Assembly: GCA_963677925.2 (NCBI GenBank)
Contig: CAXXYH010000004.1
Span: forward strand, 352,001-416,000
DNA: 64,000 bases
Direction of reading: 5' to 3'
DNA from: Spirochaetia bacterium
GTDB taxonomy: Bacteria > Spirochaetota > Spirochaetia > UBA9216
Shown: positions 48,634-61,236 of the stretch, one piece after another
Position numbering within the stretch: position 1 is the stretch's first letter
Layout: every line of letters starts with the position of its first letter
Translations under genes and position numbers: made by a program
The notes under the pieces: model-generated
Told to the model about the DNA's origin: nothing
Seen by the model: the letters and a program-made list of their open reading frames with translations, nothing else
The model's database searches: none

Positions 48634-48662
48634 AATATATGAATCAATGGCAGTTTTGTCAA
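48634..48662 (-). promoter_or_regulatory. Sigma70 promoter of the tRNA cluster
   Basis: TTGACA-17-TATATT followed by a GC-rich discriminator. Confidence 0.75.
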
Positions 48663-48731
48663 TATTGATAGAGGTAAAAACAATAGGAAAGAGAATCTAT
48701 GACTTTTAAAATATTGCAGTTTCTGAAAATT

Positions 48732-49610
48732 CTAATCAGTAAAAAGATCAAAGAGTCGTTCAAGATCTTCCATGGAATAATATGATATTTCGATCTTTCC
48801 CTGATTAAGGCTTCCGTTAATATTTATCTTGGTTCCCAGCCTGTCAATCAGTTTCTCTTTTATAACTTCCAGTTCAGGAATTCTTTTTGCAGTTCCGGAA
48901 GCCTTTGACTTTGATGACTTCTTTCCCGATTCAGCGGCTCTCTGTCCTGCAAGTTTTTCAGCTTCTCTAACAGATAAACCTTCATCAAGTATTCTTTGAT
49001 GAAGTTCGGACATCTGCTTTGAAGTGTTCATCGAAAGGATCGCCCGTGCATGTCCGGCAGAAACTATACCCTGAACCAGGGAATTCTGCACTTCCTCCGG
49101 AAGTTTCAGCAGCCTCAGGCTGTTGGCTACAGTTGAACGTTTTTTCCCGACCTTCTCTGCAAGCTCTTCCTGATTGAGGTTTTCTATATCCATCAGCTCT
49201 TTATAGGCTATTGCCTCTTCAATCGGGTTCAGATCTTCACGCTGAATATTTTCAATCAGGGCAATTTCAAGTTTTTCATTGTTAGTATAGTTTCTCTCAA
49301 TAACCGGCATCTCTTTCAGACCGGCAAGCTTTGAAGCACGGTAGCGCCTCTCACCAGCAATGATGATAAACCTGTCCCCTGATTTTTCAACTATGATAGG
49401 CTGAATAACACCCTTGTCTTTAATAGAAGCAGCTAACTCACTTAGAGCTTCCTCATCAAAGTTTTTTCTCGGCTGATCAGGATTGGGGATTATATTTTCA
49501 ATAGATACAACAGTAATTCCGGAGGATGTGCTTACAGAAGATTCAACAGTGTCTTCTGCTCCGCCCATCAGGGCGCTTAGACCGCTTCCGAGTGCAGGAC
49601 GTTTAGACAC
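48732..49610 (-). CDS. parB: Chromosome partitioning protein ParB/Spo0J
   Basis: LGSGL.AL, PNPDQPRK.F, IIAGERR, ALIENIQREDL, VANSLRLL, GHARA. Confidence 0.97.
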   Translation of the reverse strand: MSKRPALGSGLSALMGGAEDTVESSVSTSSGITVVSIENIIPNPDQPRKNFDEEALSELAASIKDKGVIQPIIVEKSGDRFIIIAGERRYRASKLAGLKEMPVIERNYTNNEKLEIALIENIQREDLNPIEEAIAYKELMDIENLNQEELAEKVGKKRSTVANSLRLLKLPEEVQNSLVQGIVSAGHARAILSMNTSKQMSELHQRILDEGLSVREAEKLAGQRAAESGKKSSKSKASGTAKRIPELEVIKEKLIDRLGTKININGSLNQGKIEISYYSMEDLERLFDLFTD

Positions 49611-50361
49611 GATCCATCACCTCCGCGGCAAGTTTTTCATAGCTTCGGGCACCGATACACGTTTTGTCATACAAGTTTACAGGGACGCCATGAGAAGGAG
49701 CTTCCGATAATCTTACATTTCTCGGAATTATGGTTCTGAAAACCTTATCCTTGAAATAACCGGAAACCTCCTGGACAACTTCATTTGCAAGCCTGGTCCT
49801 GGAGTCGTACATAGTGAACAGGATACCGTCTATGCTGAGATTTTTATTAAGACCCTTCTGAACAGATTTAACTGTCTGAAGAAGAAGACTGAGACCTTCA
49901 AGCGCAAAGTATTCACACTGTAATGGGATGATCACCGAATCCGCAGCAGTCAGGCCGTTGAGGGTAAGAACACCAAGAGATGGAGGACAGTCAATAAAAA
50001 CATAATCGTAATTACTCTTAATTTTTGAAAGGCTGTTTTTAAGATAATACTCGCGGTTCTCAAGGTTGATAAGTTCTACATTTGCACCGGTAAGGTTTAT
50101 ATTGGAAGACAATATTTCCATATTATCCATGGCAGTTTTCTGAAGCGCTTCTTCAGGAGTTTTTTTACCAACTATAACTTCATATATACCGGCTTCATTT
50201 CTATCAGCACCGACACAGCTTGAAAGATTGCCCTGCGGATCAAAATCAACAAGCAGAACTTTTTTCCCGGCTTCAGCAACATAAGCCCCCAGATTTGCGG
50301 CGGTTGTAGTTTTTCCTACTCCACCCTTCTGGTTCGCGAACACAACAGTCTTTCCTTTCAT
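49603..50361 (-). CDS. parA: Chromosome partitioning ATPase ParA/Soj
   Basis: NQKGGVGKTT, DFDPQGN, DCPP, QCEYFALEG, IPRNVRLSEAPS. Confidence 0.97.
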   Translation of the reverse strand: MKGKTVVFANQKGGVGKTTTAANLGAYVAEAGKKVLLVDFDPQGNLSSCVGADRNEAGIYEVIVGKKTPEEALQKTAMDNMEILSSNINLTGANVELINLENREYYLKNSLSKIKSNYDYVFIDCPPSLGVLTLNGLTAADSVIIPLQCEYFALEGLSLLLQTVKSVQKGLNKNLSIDGILFTMYDSRTRLANEVVQEVSGYFKDKVFRTIIPRNVRLSEAPSHGVPVNLYDKTCIGARSYEKLAAEVMDRV

Positions 50362-50481
50362 GAAAAGTATTTTATACTGTATTGTTATTTTTGGTAAGAG
50401 GCAAAAAACTTTTCATCCTAAAAACAGCTATTATTGACGATCGCTTATCGTAATAGTAATATTAAACCAAGGAGTTCTCAG

Positions 50482-50703
50482 ATGAAAGAAGCAGTTAGTG
50501 CGGCATTAGAAGATGTCAGACCGTCTCTCCAGGCAGACGGAGGCGACATTGAACTTGTCGATGTATCTGAAGACGGAGTTGTTTCTGTACAGCTCAAGGG
50601 CGCCTGTAACGGCTGTCCTATGTCTAAAATGACCCTTAAACAGGGTGTTGAAAGGTATCTTAAAGAACAGGTACCCGGAGTAAAAGAAGTAGTAGAAGCC
50701 TGA
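50482..50703 (+). CDS. NifU-C/NfuA-type Fe-S cluster carrier
   Basis: VRPSLQADGGD, GACNGCPMS..TL; AGGAG RBS before the ATG at 50482. Confidence 0.92.
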   Translation: MKEAVSAALEDVRPSLQADGGDIELVDVSEDGVVSVQLKGACNGCPMSKMTLKQGVERYLKEQVPGVKEVVEA

Positions 50704-50710
50704 AGTCATG

Positions 50711-50740
50711 GGCTGACTCATCCTGAGTCAGCTCTTTTTT
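50711..50740 (+). terminator. Intrinsic terminator
   Basis: gctgactca-tcc-tgagtcagc followed by a T tract. Confidence 0.75.
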
Positions 50741-50872
50741 CTTTGTAAAATACCAACAATCGATATATATTTAGAAAGATAGCTGTTATTTCCTATTTTT
50801 CTTAACTTTTAATGGAAATCAGCCGTAAATTAGAGAGATCTATGATTATTATTCTGTAAACGGGGAAGCATA

Positions 50873-51922
50873 GTGAGTTCCGGAGATAACAGCTTTATTC
50901 AACTGATAAAAGAGATCCCAAAGGCAGAAATTCATCTTCATCTCGAAGGTCTGGTAAGTGCTGACAGCATATGGAACCTTATCCAGGACAACAACCTTGA
51001 CCTTGAGGGAATTAAAAAAAGAGAAGACTTAATTGAAAAATTTAAGGTTACAAGTCTCGATGAGTTTATTGCACTGTTTATTAACGTAATACAATCCAGT
51101 TTTGTAAAAAACCAGGATGTTGCATACCTTATAAATGATGCCAAGGAATATCTTACAAGAAACAACATCAAGTACGCAGAAATATTTTTTGCAGTAACAA
51201 AATTTATTCAGACTGGTTTTTCATTTTCTTTTATGATGGATATTCTGGAAGCCGGGTCAAGAAAACTCTATGAAGAGTCCGGCATCACAGTCAAATGGCT
51301 GATTGATGTTTCCAGAACATTCGGGCCTGAGAACGCCGAGAACAATCTGAATCTTGTTCTTGAAAACAGAAAACCCAGTGTAATAGGTATAGGCCTCGGA
51401 GGTGCAGAATCTTCAGGACCGGCAGAAGACTACAGTGAAGTATTCAAAAAAGCCGAAGCTGAAGGACTTAAAGTAGTTGCCCATGCAGGTGAAGACATAG
51501 GTCCTGAATCAATTACAGCGGCCCTTGATTACCTTAATGCTGCTAGAATTGGTCACGGAATTAGTGCAATTCAGGATGAAGCCCTTATGGAAAGACTGGT
51601 CAAAGAACAGATTCCTCTTGAGATATGTCCGACAAGTAATCTTTTTACAAGAAAATTTGTTGAAAAGCTTCAGGATCATCCTATTAAAACCTTTTTTGAC
51701 AAAGGAATCTATGTAACTCTTAATTCGGATGACCCGACTCTTTTTAACTCCGAACTTACAAATGAATATATAATGCTTTATAAAGAAGGCATTTTTAATG
51801 AGAAAGAAATCCTGAAAATAATGAAAAACAATGTTTTTTCCATTTTTGCTGAAGAGTCAGTAAAGAAACAGCTCTGGTCTGAGGCGGAAAAGGTTATTTC
51901 CAAATACGGTTTCACGGAATAA
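50873..51922 (+). CDS. add: Adenosine/adenine deaminase
   Basis: PKAEIHLHLEG, HAGE, RIGHG, EICPTSN, NSDDP. Confidence 0.92.
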   Translation: MSSGDNSFIQLIKEIPKAEIHLHLEGLVSADSIWNLIQDNNLDLEGIKKREDLIEKFKVTSLDEFIALFINVIQSSFVKNQDVAYLINDAKEYLTRNNIKYAEIFFAVTKFIQTGFSFSFMMDILEAGSRKLYEESGITVKWLIDVSRTFGPENAENNLNLVLENRKPSVIGIGLGGAESSGPAEDYSEVFKKAEAEGLKVVAHAGEDIGPESITAALDYLNAARIGHGISAIQDEALMERLVKEQIPLEICPTSNLFTRKFVEKLQDHPIKTFFDKGIYVTLNSDDPTLFNSELTNEYIMLYKEGIFNEKEILKIMKNNVFSIFAEESVKKQLWSEAEKVISKYGFTE

Positions 51923-51938
51923 TGTTTCACGTGAAACA
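51923..51938. promoter_or_regulatory. parS: parS centromere-like site
   Basis: Perfect 16-bp palindrome TGTTTCACGTGAAACA, close to parAB and oriC. Confidence 0.93.
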
Positions 51939-51979
51939 AAAAAAGGCTGACAAGAAATAATTCTTGGTCAGCCTTTTTT
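51939..51979. terminator. Bidirectional terminator between add and gyrA
   Basis: aaaaaaggctgac...gtcagcctttttt. Confidence 0.8.
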
Positions 51980-52022
51980 ATATTCTTTTCAAACAAATAC
52001 CGGTTTTCACCGGCATCCATTA

Positions 52023-54458
52023 TTATTCATCATCTGAATCTTTAATAACTCTTGCTACTCCAATTACAGAATCCGGTTTATTGATATTTACAACTCTAAC
52101 CCCGAGTGCAGACTTACCCATAAGTGAAATATCTCCGCAGGCAAGTTTTAAGGTATTTCCCTGAGAGGTAATACAGACCATTTCGTCTTCTTCCTTAACT
52201 TCCATTACTCCGATAATTTCACCGGTTTTATCTGTTACCTTATAGGCAATCTGACCTCTGGTTCCTCGTCCATGCGGGGTAAACTGATCATAGTTTGTAC
52301 GTTTTCCATATCCGTATTCGCTGATGATCATCATCATTTCGTCTTCCCTTACACAGAGAATGCCGGCAAGCTCATCATTTCCAGAAAGCTTTATACCTGT
52401 TACACCCCTGGTTGCTCTGCCCATAGTTCTTACGGCCGACTCGTTGAATCGTAAAGCGCTTCCTTTCTTGGTTACAAGAAAAACTTCTTCATTACCTTTT
52501 GTAAGAATTGCACTTACAAGGGTATCTCCGCTGTCCAGTTTTACGGCAATAATTCCACGTGTTTTTGCGTTTGAGAAGTCGGAAGTTTTTACTTTCTTCA
52601 CAATTCCCCGTCTGGTTCCCATAAAGATGAACTCATCATCTGTAAAATCCTTAAGGGAAACAATGGTTTTAATCTCTTCATCAGGAGAGATTGAAAGAAG
52701 TGCTTTAACCTGTGTTCCCCTTGCAGCCCTGGAGCCTTCCGGTATTTCATGAATCTTCATCCAGTATGCCTTACCGACACTGGTGATGAAAAGTATATAA
52801 TCATGGGTGGAACCGACAAAGAGATGTTCAATAAAGTCTTCATTCTTCAGATTAGCAGAGGATGAGCCCTTTCCGCCCCTTCCCTGATTCTTATAAGCTG
52901 TTACCGGAAGTCTTTTGATGAATCCCTTGCTGGAGATGAGGACTACCATATCCTCTTCCTTGATCATATCTTCGATATCAATTTTTTCGGCTTCTTCAAG
53001 AACAATTTCAGTTGTTCTTCCCTTTCCATATTTAACAGCTATTTCTTCAGTTTCATCTTTTATTACACCAAGAATCTTGGAATCGTCAGATAAGAGGTCT
53101 TCAAGATAGGCAATTAAAGCTCTGATTTCAGCCAGTTCATCAAGTATCTTCTGAGTTTCAAGACTGGTAAGCTTCTGAAGTCTCATATCCAGAATAGCCT
53201 GAGCCTGCCTTTCAGAAAGCTTGAATGTATCCATCAATGATGTTCGGGCAATATCTACTGTTTTTGAACTTTTTATTATTTTGATAACATCATCAATATT
53301 ATCTAGAGCAATCTTTAAACCTATAAGAATGTGTTCTCTTTCTTTTGCCTTTTTAAGATCAAACTGGGTTCTTCTTGTAATTACTTCCTGACGGTGCTCT
53401 ACAAAATATTTTATCTGGTCTTTTAAAGTTAGAAGCTTTGGCTTTCCTTTTACGATAGCTAAAGCATTTACATTAAAATTCTGCTGCAGCTGTGTCTGAG
53501 TAAAAAGACGGTTTAAAACAACCCTGGGTATAGCACCCCTTTTCAGCTCAATAACAATCCTGATACCGTCCCTGTCGGACTCATCCCGAAGGTCAGAAAT
53601 ACCTTCAAGTTTTTTGTCGGAAACCAGATCTGCAATCTTTGTTATAAGAGTAACCTTGTTAACCGCATATGGAATTTCAGTAACAATAATTATATCTTTA
53701 CCGGTTTTTGTAGTTTCAAGCGAACATCTTGCCCTTATAGTAACTCTTCCGCGTCCTGTTTTATAGGCATTCTTAATACCTGTTTTTCCGAAAATGATAC
53801 CTCTGGTTGGAAAATCAGGACCGCTTATATGCTCCATCAAACCTTCAATTGTAATTTCTGGATCATCAATATACGCTTTTACAGCATTGCTTACTTCTTC
53901 TATATTATGCGGCGGCATGTTTGTAGCCATACCTACTGCAATTCCGCTTGCTCCGTTTATCAGAAGGTTTGGTATTGCAGCAGGAAGAACAAGCGGTTCC
54001 TGAAGTGAGTCATCATAGTTCGGTCCGAAATCAACAGTTTCCTTTTTGATGTCGTTAAGCAGTTCATCGGCAATCTTCTGGAGTTTTGCCTCTGTATATC
54101 TCATAGCTGCTGGAGGATCCCCGTCTATAGATCCGAAGTTACCCTGTCCATTGACAAGTGGGTAACGCATAGAGAAGTCCTGTGCAAGTCTTACAAGAGC
54201 ATCATATATGGACTGGTCACCGTGAGGGTGATACTTTCCAAGAACATCTCCAACTATTCTTCCGCACTTTTTATTAGGCCTGTCCGATTTCAGGCCCATT
54301 TCACTCATTGCATAGAGTATTCTTCGATGTACCGGTTTCAGTCCATCACGGACATCAGGAAGGGCCCTGCTGATGATTACTGACATTGCGTAATTGAGAT
54401 AGGAGTTTTTCATCTCCTCCTCAATCGCAACTGGTATAACTTTTCCGGTTGTTTCCAA
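52023..54458 (-). CDS. gyrA: DNA gyrase subunit A
   Basis: [29 protein letters not shown], GyrA box QGRGGKG. Confidence 0.98.
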   Translation of the reverse strand: METTGKVIPVAIEEEMKNSYLNYAMSVIISRALPDVRDGLKPVHRRILYAMSEMGLKSDRPNKKCGRIVGDVLGKYHPHGDQSIYDALVRLAQDFSMRYPLVNGQGNFGSIDGDPPAAMRYTEAKLQKIADELLNDIKKETVDFGPNYDDSLQEPLVLPAAIPNLLINGASGIAVGMATNMPPHNIEEVSNAVKAYIDDPEITIEGLMEHISGPDFPTRGIIFGKTGIKNAYKTGRGRVTIRARCSLETTKTGKDIIIVTEIPYAVNKVTLITKIADLVSDKKLEGISDLRDESDRDGIRIVIELKRGAIPRVVLNRLFTQTQLQQNFNVNALAIVKGKPKLLTLKDQIKYFVEHRQEVITRRTQFDLKKAKEREHILIGLKIALDNIDDVIKIIKSSKTVDIARTSLMDTFKLSERQAQAILDMRLQKLTSLETQKILDELAEIRALIAYLEDLLSDDSKILGVIKDETEEIAVKYGKGRTTEIVLEEAEKIDIEDMIKEEDMVVLISSKGFIKRLPVTAYKNQGRGGKGSSSANLKNEDFIEHLFVGSTHDYILFITSVGKAYWMKIHEIPEGSRAARGTQVKALLSISPDEEIKTIVSLKDFTDDEFIFMGTRRGIVKKVKTSDFSNAKTRGIIAVKLDSGDTLVSAILTKGNEEVFLVTKKGSALRFNESAVRTMGRATRGVTGIKLSGNDELAGILCVREDEMMMIISEYGYGKRTNYDQFTPHGRGTRGQIAYKVTDKTGEIIGVMEVKEEDEMVCITSQGNTLKLACGDISLMGKSALGVRVVNINKPDSVIGVARVIKDSDDE

Positions 54459-54486
54459 TTTTAGCCCCCGCTAAGTAAATTAGGTA

Positions 54487-56436
<1,950 letters not shown>

Positions 56437-56599
56437 CTACATTATATCTTTGTTAAAATAAAAAAACAAGCGTCGAGCTTCTTTAGCCAATTCTGAAATT
56501 ACCCGAATTCCTAATGATATTTTCTTGCAAAGAGATACGCTATAGATTAAAATAGCCAATTGAGTGCTTGAGCCTGTTTTTAAAAATGTTTTTAACGCA

Positions 56600-56825
56600 C
56601 TTACTTGTGTATAACTTGTGGATAACTTATTAAAAACTAATTATTTATACTGAATAAAATTATACTGAGTTGATATATATAATTTTTATTTATATAGATT
56701 TATAACTCATTATAATATATAGATTTATTCATTAGTGCTGATTTAAATCCGGATTTTTAAAGTTATCCGGATTTTTTTAACATTATTTGATTTTTTAGTT
56801 ACTTGTGGATAAGCTGTTAATAAAA
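56600..56825. other. oriC segment upstream of dnaA (DnaA boxes + AT-rich region)
   Basis: TGTGTATAA at 56606, TGTGGATAA at 56617 and 56804, TGTTAATAA at 56815; very AT-rich in between. Confidence 0.8.
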
Positions 56826-56836
56826 GGATTAAACCT

Positions 56837-58264
56837 ATGCCCGATAATGATGTATGGGATTGGAGCGGTTTCTGGTCTGAGACCCTCAATCAATTCAGGA
56901 ACCGGATCACTGAACAGGAATGGGTCATGTGGTTCAGTAATCTTGAGTATATTTCCGGTAATGAAAATACCATAAACATAGCCGTACCATCTTCATTCTA
57001 TAAGGATCAAATTTCCCAGAGATACGGCAAAGAACTGGGACAGACTATAGAAGAAATATGCGGTAATGAACTTTCTATTATTTTTGAAGTTGTAAAAAAA
57101 ACAAAAGATACTCAGGAATCAAAGAAACAGCATGTTTCCGAAACTGCTGAAATTGAAACTCCTGTAAAAAGAGATAGACCAGTTTCAAAACCTCAGACAA
57201 GGGTCAGAGAATCAGCACTGTCTGATTCCCACTATCAGCTTAATCCTGATTATACCTTTGATACATTTGTTATCGGAGAAAATAATTCATTTGCTGCCAA
57301 CGCAGCCTATGCTATTTCCAAAAATCCGGGAACTGCATATAACCCCTGTCTTTTCTATGGAGGTGTCGGACTTGGTAAGACCCACCTCATTCAGTCTATA
57401 GGACATTCGGTTTTTGCAGATACACCCGAACTGAAGATTGTTTATGTTACTGCCGAAACCTTCACTAATGAGTTTCTGGATCTTCTTTCAAAGAAAAAAA
57501 TCCAGCAGTTCAAAAATAAATACCGCACGGTAGATGTACTTCTCATCGATGATATTCATTTTCTTCAGGGAAAAGAAGCAACTCAGGAAGAGCTCTTTCA
57601 TACCTTTAATGCATTGTATGAATCCAAGAAGCAGATAGTATTTACCTGTGACCGTCCTGTATCTGAGCTTAAAAATCTTGCAGACAGATTAAGAAGCCGT
57701 TTTGAACGCGGTCTTAATGTTGATTTGAAACCGCCAAACCTTGAAACCCGTCAGGCTATCCTTATGAGAAAGCTTGAAAATAGAAATATTCCAATATCAA
57801 GAGAAGTTATTGAACTTATATGCCAGAATATAACTTCAAATGTAAGGGATCTTGAATCTGCACTTTTAAAACTTGTTGCCTATTCCGAACTTGTTCATAA
57901 AGAAATTACCCTTGATATAGCCAAAGAACAGCTCAAAGACCACTTCATAGACATTGTACAGGCTAATGTTTCTGTTGATCAGATACAGAGAATAGTTGCG
58001 GATTATTTTGGTGTAGGTATTTCTGATCTGAAAAGCAAAAAGAGAACAAAAGCTGTCACCCTTCCAAGACAGGTTGCAATGTATATACTGCGTGAAATGA
58101 CTGAGTACTCAACTACAGAGATAGGATATGAATTCGGCGGACGCGATCATACAACTGTTATGCATGCATGTCAGCGTATTGAAAGCAGGATGAAAACCGA
58201 TTCTACACTTGAACCGGCTATTAATAACCTTATCAGGACTATTAAAGACGAGCGTAAAAACTAG
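56837..58264 (+). CDS. dnaA: Chromosomal replication initiator DnaA
   Basis: YTFDTFV, GGVGLGKTHL, LLIDD, RLRSRF, NVRDLE, GGRDHTTV. Confidence 0.98.
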   Translation: MPDNDVWDWSGFWSETLNQFRNRITEQEWVMWFSNLEYISGNENTINIAVPSSFYKDQISQRYGKELGQTIEEICGNELSIIFEVVKKTKDTQESKKQHVSETAEIETPVKRDRPVSKPQTRVRESALSDSHYQLNPDYTFDTFVIGENNSFAANAAYAISKNPGTAYNPCLFYGGVGLGKTHLIQSIGHSVFADTPELKIVYVTAETFTNEFLDLLSKKKIQQFKNKYRTVDVLLIDDIHFLQGKEATQEELFHTFNALYESKKQIVFTCDRPVSELKNLADRLRSRFERGLNVDLKPPNLETRQAILMRKLENRNIPISREVIELICQNITSNVRDLESALLKLVAYSELVHKEITLDIAKEQLKDHFIDIVQANVSVDQIQRIVADYFGVGISDLKSKKRTKAVTLPRQVAMYILREMTEYSTTEIGYEFGGRDHTTVMHACQRIESRMKTDSTLEPAINNLIRTIKDERKN

Positions 58265-58269
58265 AAAAA

Positions 58270-58445
58270 TCTGTTGATATTCTGTTTATGAATTGCGGAA
58301 AATTTATTATTCTGTTAATAAATTGAATAACCGGTTAATAATTTTTGAAAGTTATTATTTTTATATTTTCTTATGTATATAGGATTTAACCGGGTTATTA
58401 ACATATTAGAAGATATTACTATTATTACTTCTTAATTAATATATA
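58270..58445. other. oriC segment between dnaA and dnaN with degenerate boxes and a DnaA-trio-like tract
   Basis: TTATTAACA at 58395 followed by TATTACTATTATTACTTC (58414-58431); several TGTT.AT.A-like boxes upstream. Confidence 0.7.
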
Positions 58446-58488
58446 ATGTATAATTAGAGAATGTATAATTGTATTGAAGGAGATATCA

Positions 58489-59592
58489 ATGAAATTTACT
58501 TGTGAAAAAAGCAATATTACAAGAGAAATATCCATAGCTCAGGAAATTATATCTTCCAAGAATGCTCTATCTATTCTTTCAAATGTTCTTCTTGAAGCTG
58601 AAAATAATACTCTTTCAATCAAAGCTACTGATCTTAAAGTCGGTTTTGAAACCAGTATCCCTGTAGATATCAGTATGCCGGGAAGTACCACAGTTTACTG
58701 TGATAAGTTTCTTAGTATTTTAAGATCACTGCCTGACGGAGATATTGAATTTGAACTTAAAGACGGGAAGCTTTATATTAAGCCCTTATTTAAGAAAATT
58801 AACTTTCAGCTCAAAAGTATTGCATCTGAACAGTATCCTGAAATGCAGAAGATATCCGACGACAGTTTCTTTGTAATGCCTCAGAAAGATCTTATTGAAA
58901 TGATTACACAGACGGTTTTTGCTGTCTCTGATGATGAAACAAGATATTTTATGAATGGTGTCTTCATGGAAAACAGCGAAGGCAACCTGATTATGGTTGC
59001 TACTGACGGAAGAAGACTGTCATTTATCAAAAAAAATACTGCCGGTACTGTAAAACCTTTCAGCGGAGTAATAATTCCGCCAAAAGTACTTTTACTTATA
59101 AGCAAACTATGCAGCGGTGAAGGCTCAATACAGGTCGCTGTAACAGAGAAAAACATATTCTTTAAGTTTGACAACCAGAAAATATCATCAAGCCTTATAG
59201 AGGGCCAGTTTCCCAACTATAACAGGGTTATTCCGGATAACCAGCAGTATGATATTACTGTGAGAAGGGATGAACTTGTTGAAGCTGTTAAACGTGTTTC
59301 TCTGCTTGTAGAAAATAAATCAAGAAGAATATTTATGAACCTGGCTTCTGGAATAATTGAACTTAATTCCGAAGAAAGTGAAATCGGTGTGGCAAAAGAG
59401 GAAATTGAATGTGCCTTTGAGGGTCCTGAAACTACAATAGCACTTAATTATTCCTACCTTACCGACCCTCTGCGTGTAATAAACAATGAAAATGTCAGGA
59501 TAAGGTTTTCTGAGCCGAATAAGGCCATAACAGTTCAGCCTGCAGAGGAAGCCGACTATTTTCACATTGTTATGCCTATGCAGCTTGACTGA
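58489..59592 (+). CDS. dnaN: DNA polymerase III beta clamp
   Basis: ILSNVL, ATDL, FAVSDDETRYFMNG, ATDGRRL, IEGQFPNY, VMPM; AAGGAG RBS before the ATG at 58489. Confidence 0.97.
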   Translation: MKFTCEKSNITREISIAQEIISSKNALSILSNVLLEAENNTLSIKATDLKVGFETSIPVDISMPGSTTVYCDKFLSILRSLPDGDIEFELKDGKLYIKPLFKKINFQLKSIASEQYPEMQKISDDSFFVMPQKDLIEMITQTVFAVSDDETRYFMNGVFMENSEGNLIMVATDGRRLSFIKKNTAGTVKPFSGVIIPPKVLLLISKLCSGEGSIQVAVTEKNIFFKFDNQKISSSLIEGQFPNYNRVIPDNQQYDITVRRDELVEAVKRVSLLVENKSRRIFMNLASGIIELNSEESEIGVAKEEIECAFEGPETTIALNYSYLTDPLRVINNENVRIRFSEPNKAITVQPAEEADYFHIVMPMQLD

Positions 59593-59598
59593 TACTGA

Positions 59599-60681
59599 AT
59601 GAGTTTTAAAACTGTAAAAGTTTTTAATTTTCGTAACCTTAGCAATTCAAGTATAAATTTCTCAGATAAAGATATTTACCTGGTCGGTGAAAACGGCCAG
59701 GGTAAAACAAATTTTCTTGAAAGCATTTATCTGCTTTGCGTAGGCTCATCTTTCCGTACAAAGAATGAGAACATGTTTATTAAATCAGGTCAGAAATCGA
59801 TGTCTGTTTCCGGAGAATACGTGGATAAGGGTACTTTTCGTAAAATACTGCTGAAAATTGAAGGCGGCCGTAAAAGTATTTCAGTTGATGGAGTCAGGCT
59901 TAAAGACAGAAAGGAGCTGATTGCTGATTTTCCCTGCATTGTTTTTTCACATGATGATATCAATGTCGTAAACGGGGCACCTGAAAAGCGCAGAATCTTT
60001 ATGAATCAGACCATCAGTCTTTATGATTCTGAATATATTGATTCGCTTCGCCTGTATAACAGAGTTCTTAAGATTAGAAACCGTGTTCTAAAAGAAAAAC
60101 GGATTGATTTGATTGATTTATATGATAATCAGCTTGCCGAGGCCGGGATAGTAATTCAAAAAAAACGGATACAGCTGATAAATGATTTCAACTCGACTTT
60201 TTCTTTTCTTTACCGGACTATAGCTTCAGCTGACATTGATTTAAAAATCAGATATTCATCCTCCTGGAAAAATAAACCGGAACAGGAAGAAATTTTAACT
60301 GAATTAAAAGAGCATCGCAAAAAAGATATTGATTATGCTCTTACAACTTCCGGACCGCATCGTGACCGGATAGGTTTTTATAGCGGAAATCACAATTTTG
60401 CTTCAACGGCATCAACAGGTCAGGTTAGACTTATTTCCTTATCACTTAAAGCTTCACAGGCAGTATTTTTCTCTGTAAAAACTGGAAAACAGCCGATTCT
60501 GCTTCTTGATGATGTACTGCTGGAACTTGATCTTCAGAAACGTAAACGATTTCTTGAAAACCTTCCTGATTATAAACAGGCCTTTTTTACATTTCTTCCT
60601 GATGAAGGGCTTGTTGATTATAAGAAAAGCGGCCATCTTCACAGGGTCAGCAATGGAAATATTGAATTGGAGGAAGTATGA
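59599..60681 (+). CDS. recF: DNA replication and repair protein RecF
   Basis: NFRN, GENGQGKTN, GPHRD, STGQ, LLLDDV. Confidence 0.95.
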   Translation: MSFKTVKVFNFRNLSNSSINFSDKDIYLVGENGQGKTNFLESIYLLCVGSSFRTKNENMFIKSGQKSMSVSGEYVDKGTFRKILLKIEGGRKSISVDGVRLKDRKELIADFPCIVFSHDDINVVNGAPEKRRIFMNQTISLYDSEYIDSLRLYNRVLKIRNRVLKEKRIDLIDLYDNQLAEAGIVIQKKRIQLINDFNSTFSFLYRTIASADIDLKIRYSSSWKNKPEQEEILTELKEHRKKDIDYALTTSGPHRDRIGFYSGNHNFASTASTGQVRLISLSLKASQAVFFSVKTGKQPILLLDDVLLELDLQKRKRFLENLPDYKQAFFTFLPDEGLVDYKKSGHLHRVSNGNIELEEV

Positions 60682-60959
60682 AAAAGGCTGCTGATTTAAT
60701 AAAAATCATGATTGATAATATGATTCAGGATGAAAGTCAGCGCGAAGCTGTATCATTATTTTCATCATGGTCGGAAATTGCCGGTATTGATGAAGGTGCT
60801 CATTCAAAAATTGAGGAGATAGAAAACGGAATAGTTTATGTTAAAGTAGACCATCCCGGCTGGCTTCAAAAGCTCGAATTTAAAAAAAGAACAATACTTA
60901 GAAAACTGCAGAAAAGTTATCCCGAATTGAAGTTAAAGGATGTCCGTATAAGACTTTAG
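60678..60959 (+). CDS. DUF721/DciA family protein
   Basis: W..IAG...HS, V.VDHPGW.Q.L, IL.KL; directly after recF. Confidence 0.82.
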   Translation: MKKAADLIKIMIDNMIQDESQREAVSLFSSWSEIAGIDEGAHSKIEEIENGIVYVKVDHPGWLQKLEFKKRTILRKLQKSYPELKLKDVRIRL

Positions 60960-60962
60960 ATC

Positions 60963-60992
60963 TTGACATCTGCAGACTAAAAAACGTATACT
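60963..60992 (+). promoter_or_regulatory. Sigma70 promoter of the rpmH operon
   Basis: TTGACA-18-TATACT. Confidence 0.65.
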
Positions 60993-61080
60993 ACGGAACC
61001 TTAGTGCAATTTAGAATCTAATTGATTATATTTTAATATATTTAACTGATATAACGATTTATACATAAGGAGCATCCCTG

Positions 61081-61236
61081 ATGAAAAGAACATATCAGCC
61101 CAGCAAGGTGAAGAGAAATCGTAAATTCGGCTTCAGGGCGAGAATGGCAACAGCAGGCGGCAGAGCAATTCTTGCACGCAGAAGAAAAAAAGGCAGAAAG
61201 AAACTTTCTGTTGCTGATGAAAAGAAGCCTTACTAG
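61081..61236 (+). CDS. rpmH: 50S ribosomal protein L34 (absent from the ORF track)
   Basis: [51 protein letters not shown]; AAGGAG RBS. Confidence 0.97.
   Translation: MKRTYQPSKVKRNRKFGFRARMATAGGRAILARRRKKGRKKLSVADEKKPY

Noticed and set aside
51908-51922. GGTTTCACGGAATAA as a second parS
   Set aside because: Only one half-site matches and it lies within the add coding end.
61172-61216. Upstream extension of rnpA in the ORF track
   Set aside because: Falls inside rpmH; the ATG at 61217 gives a normal-length RnpA.
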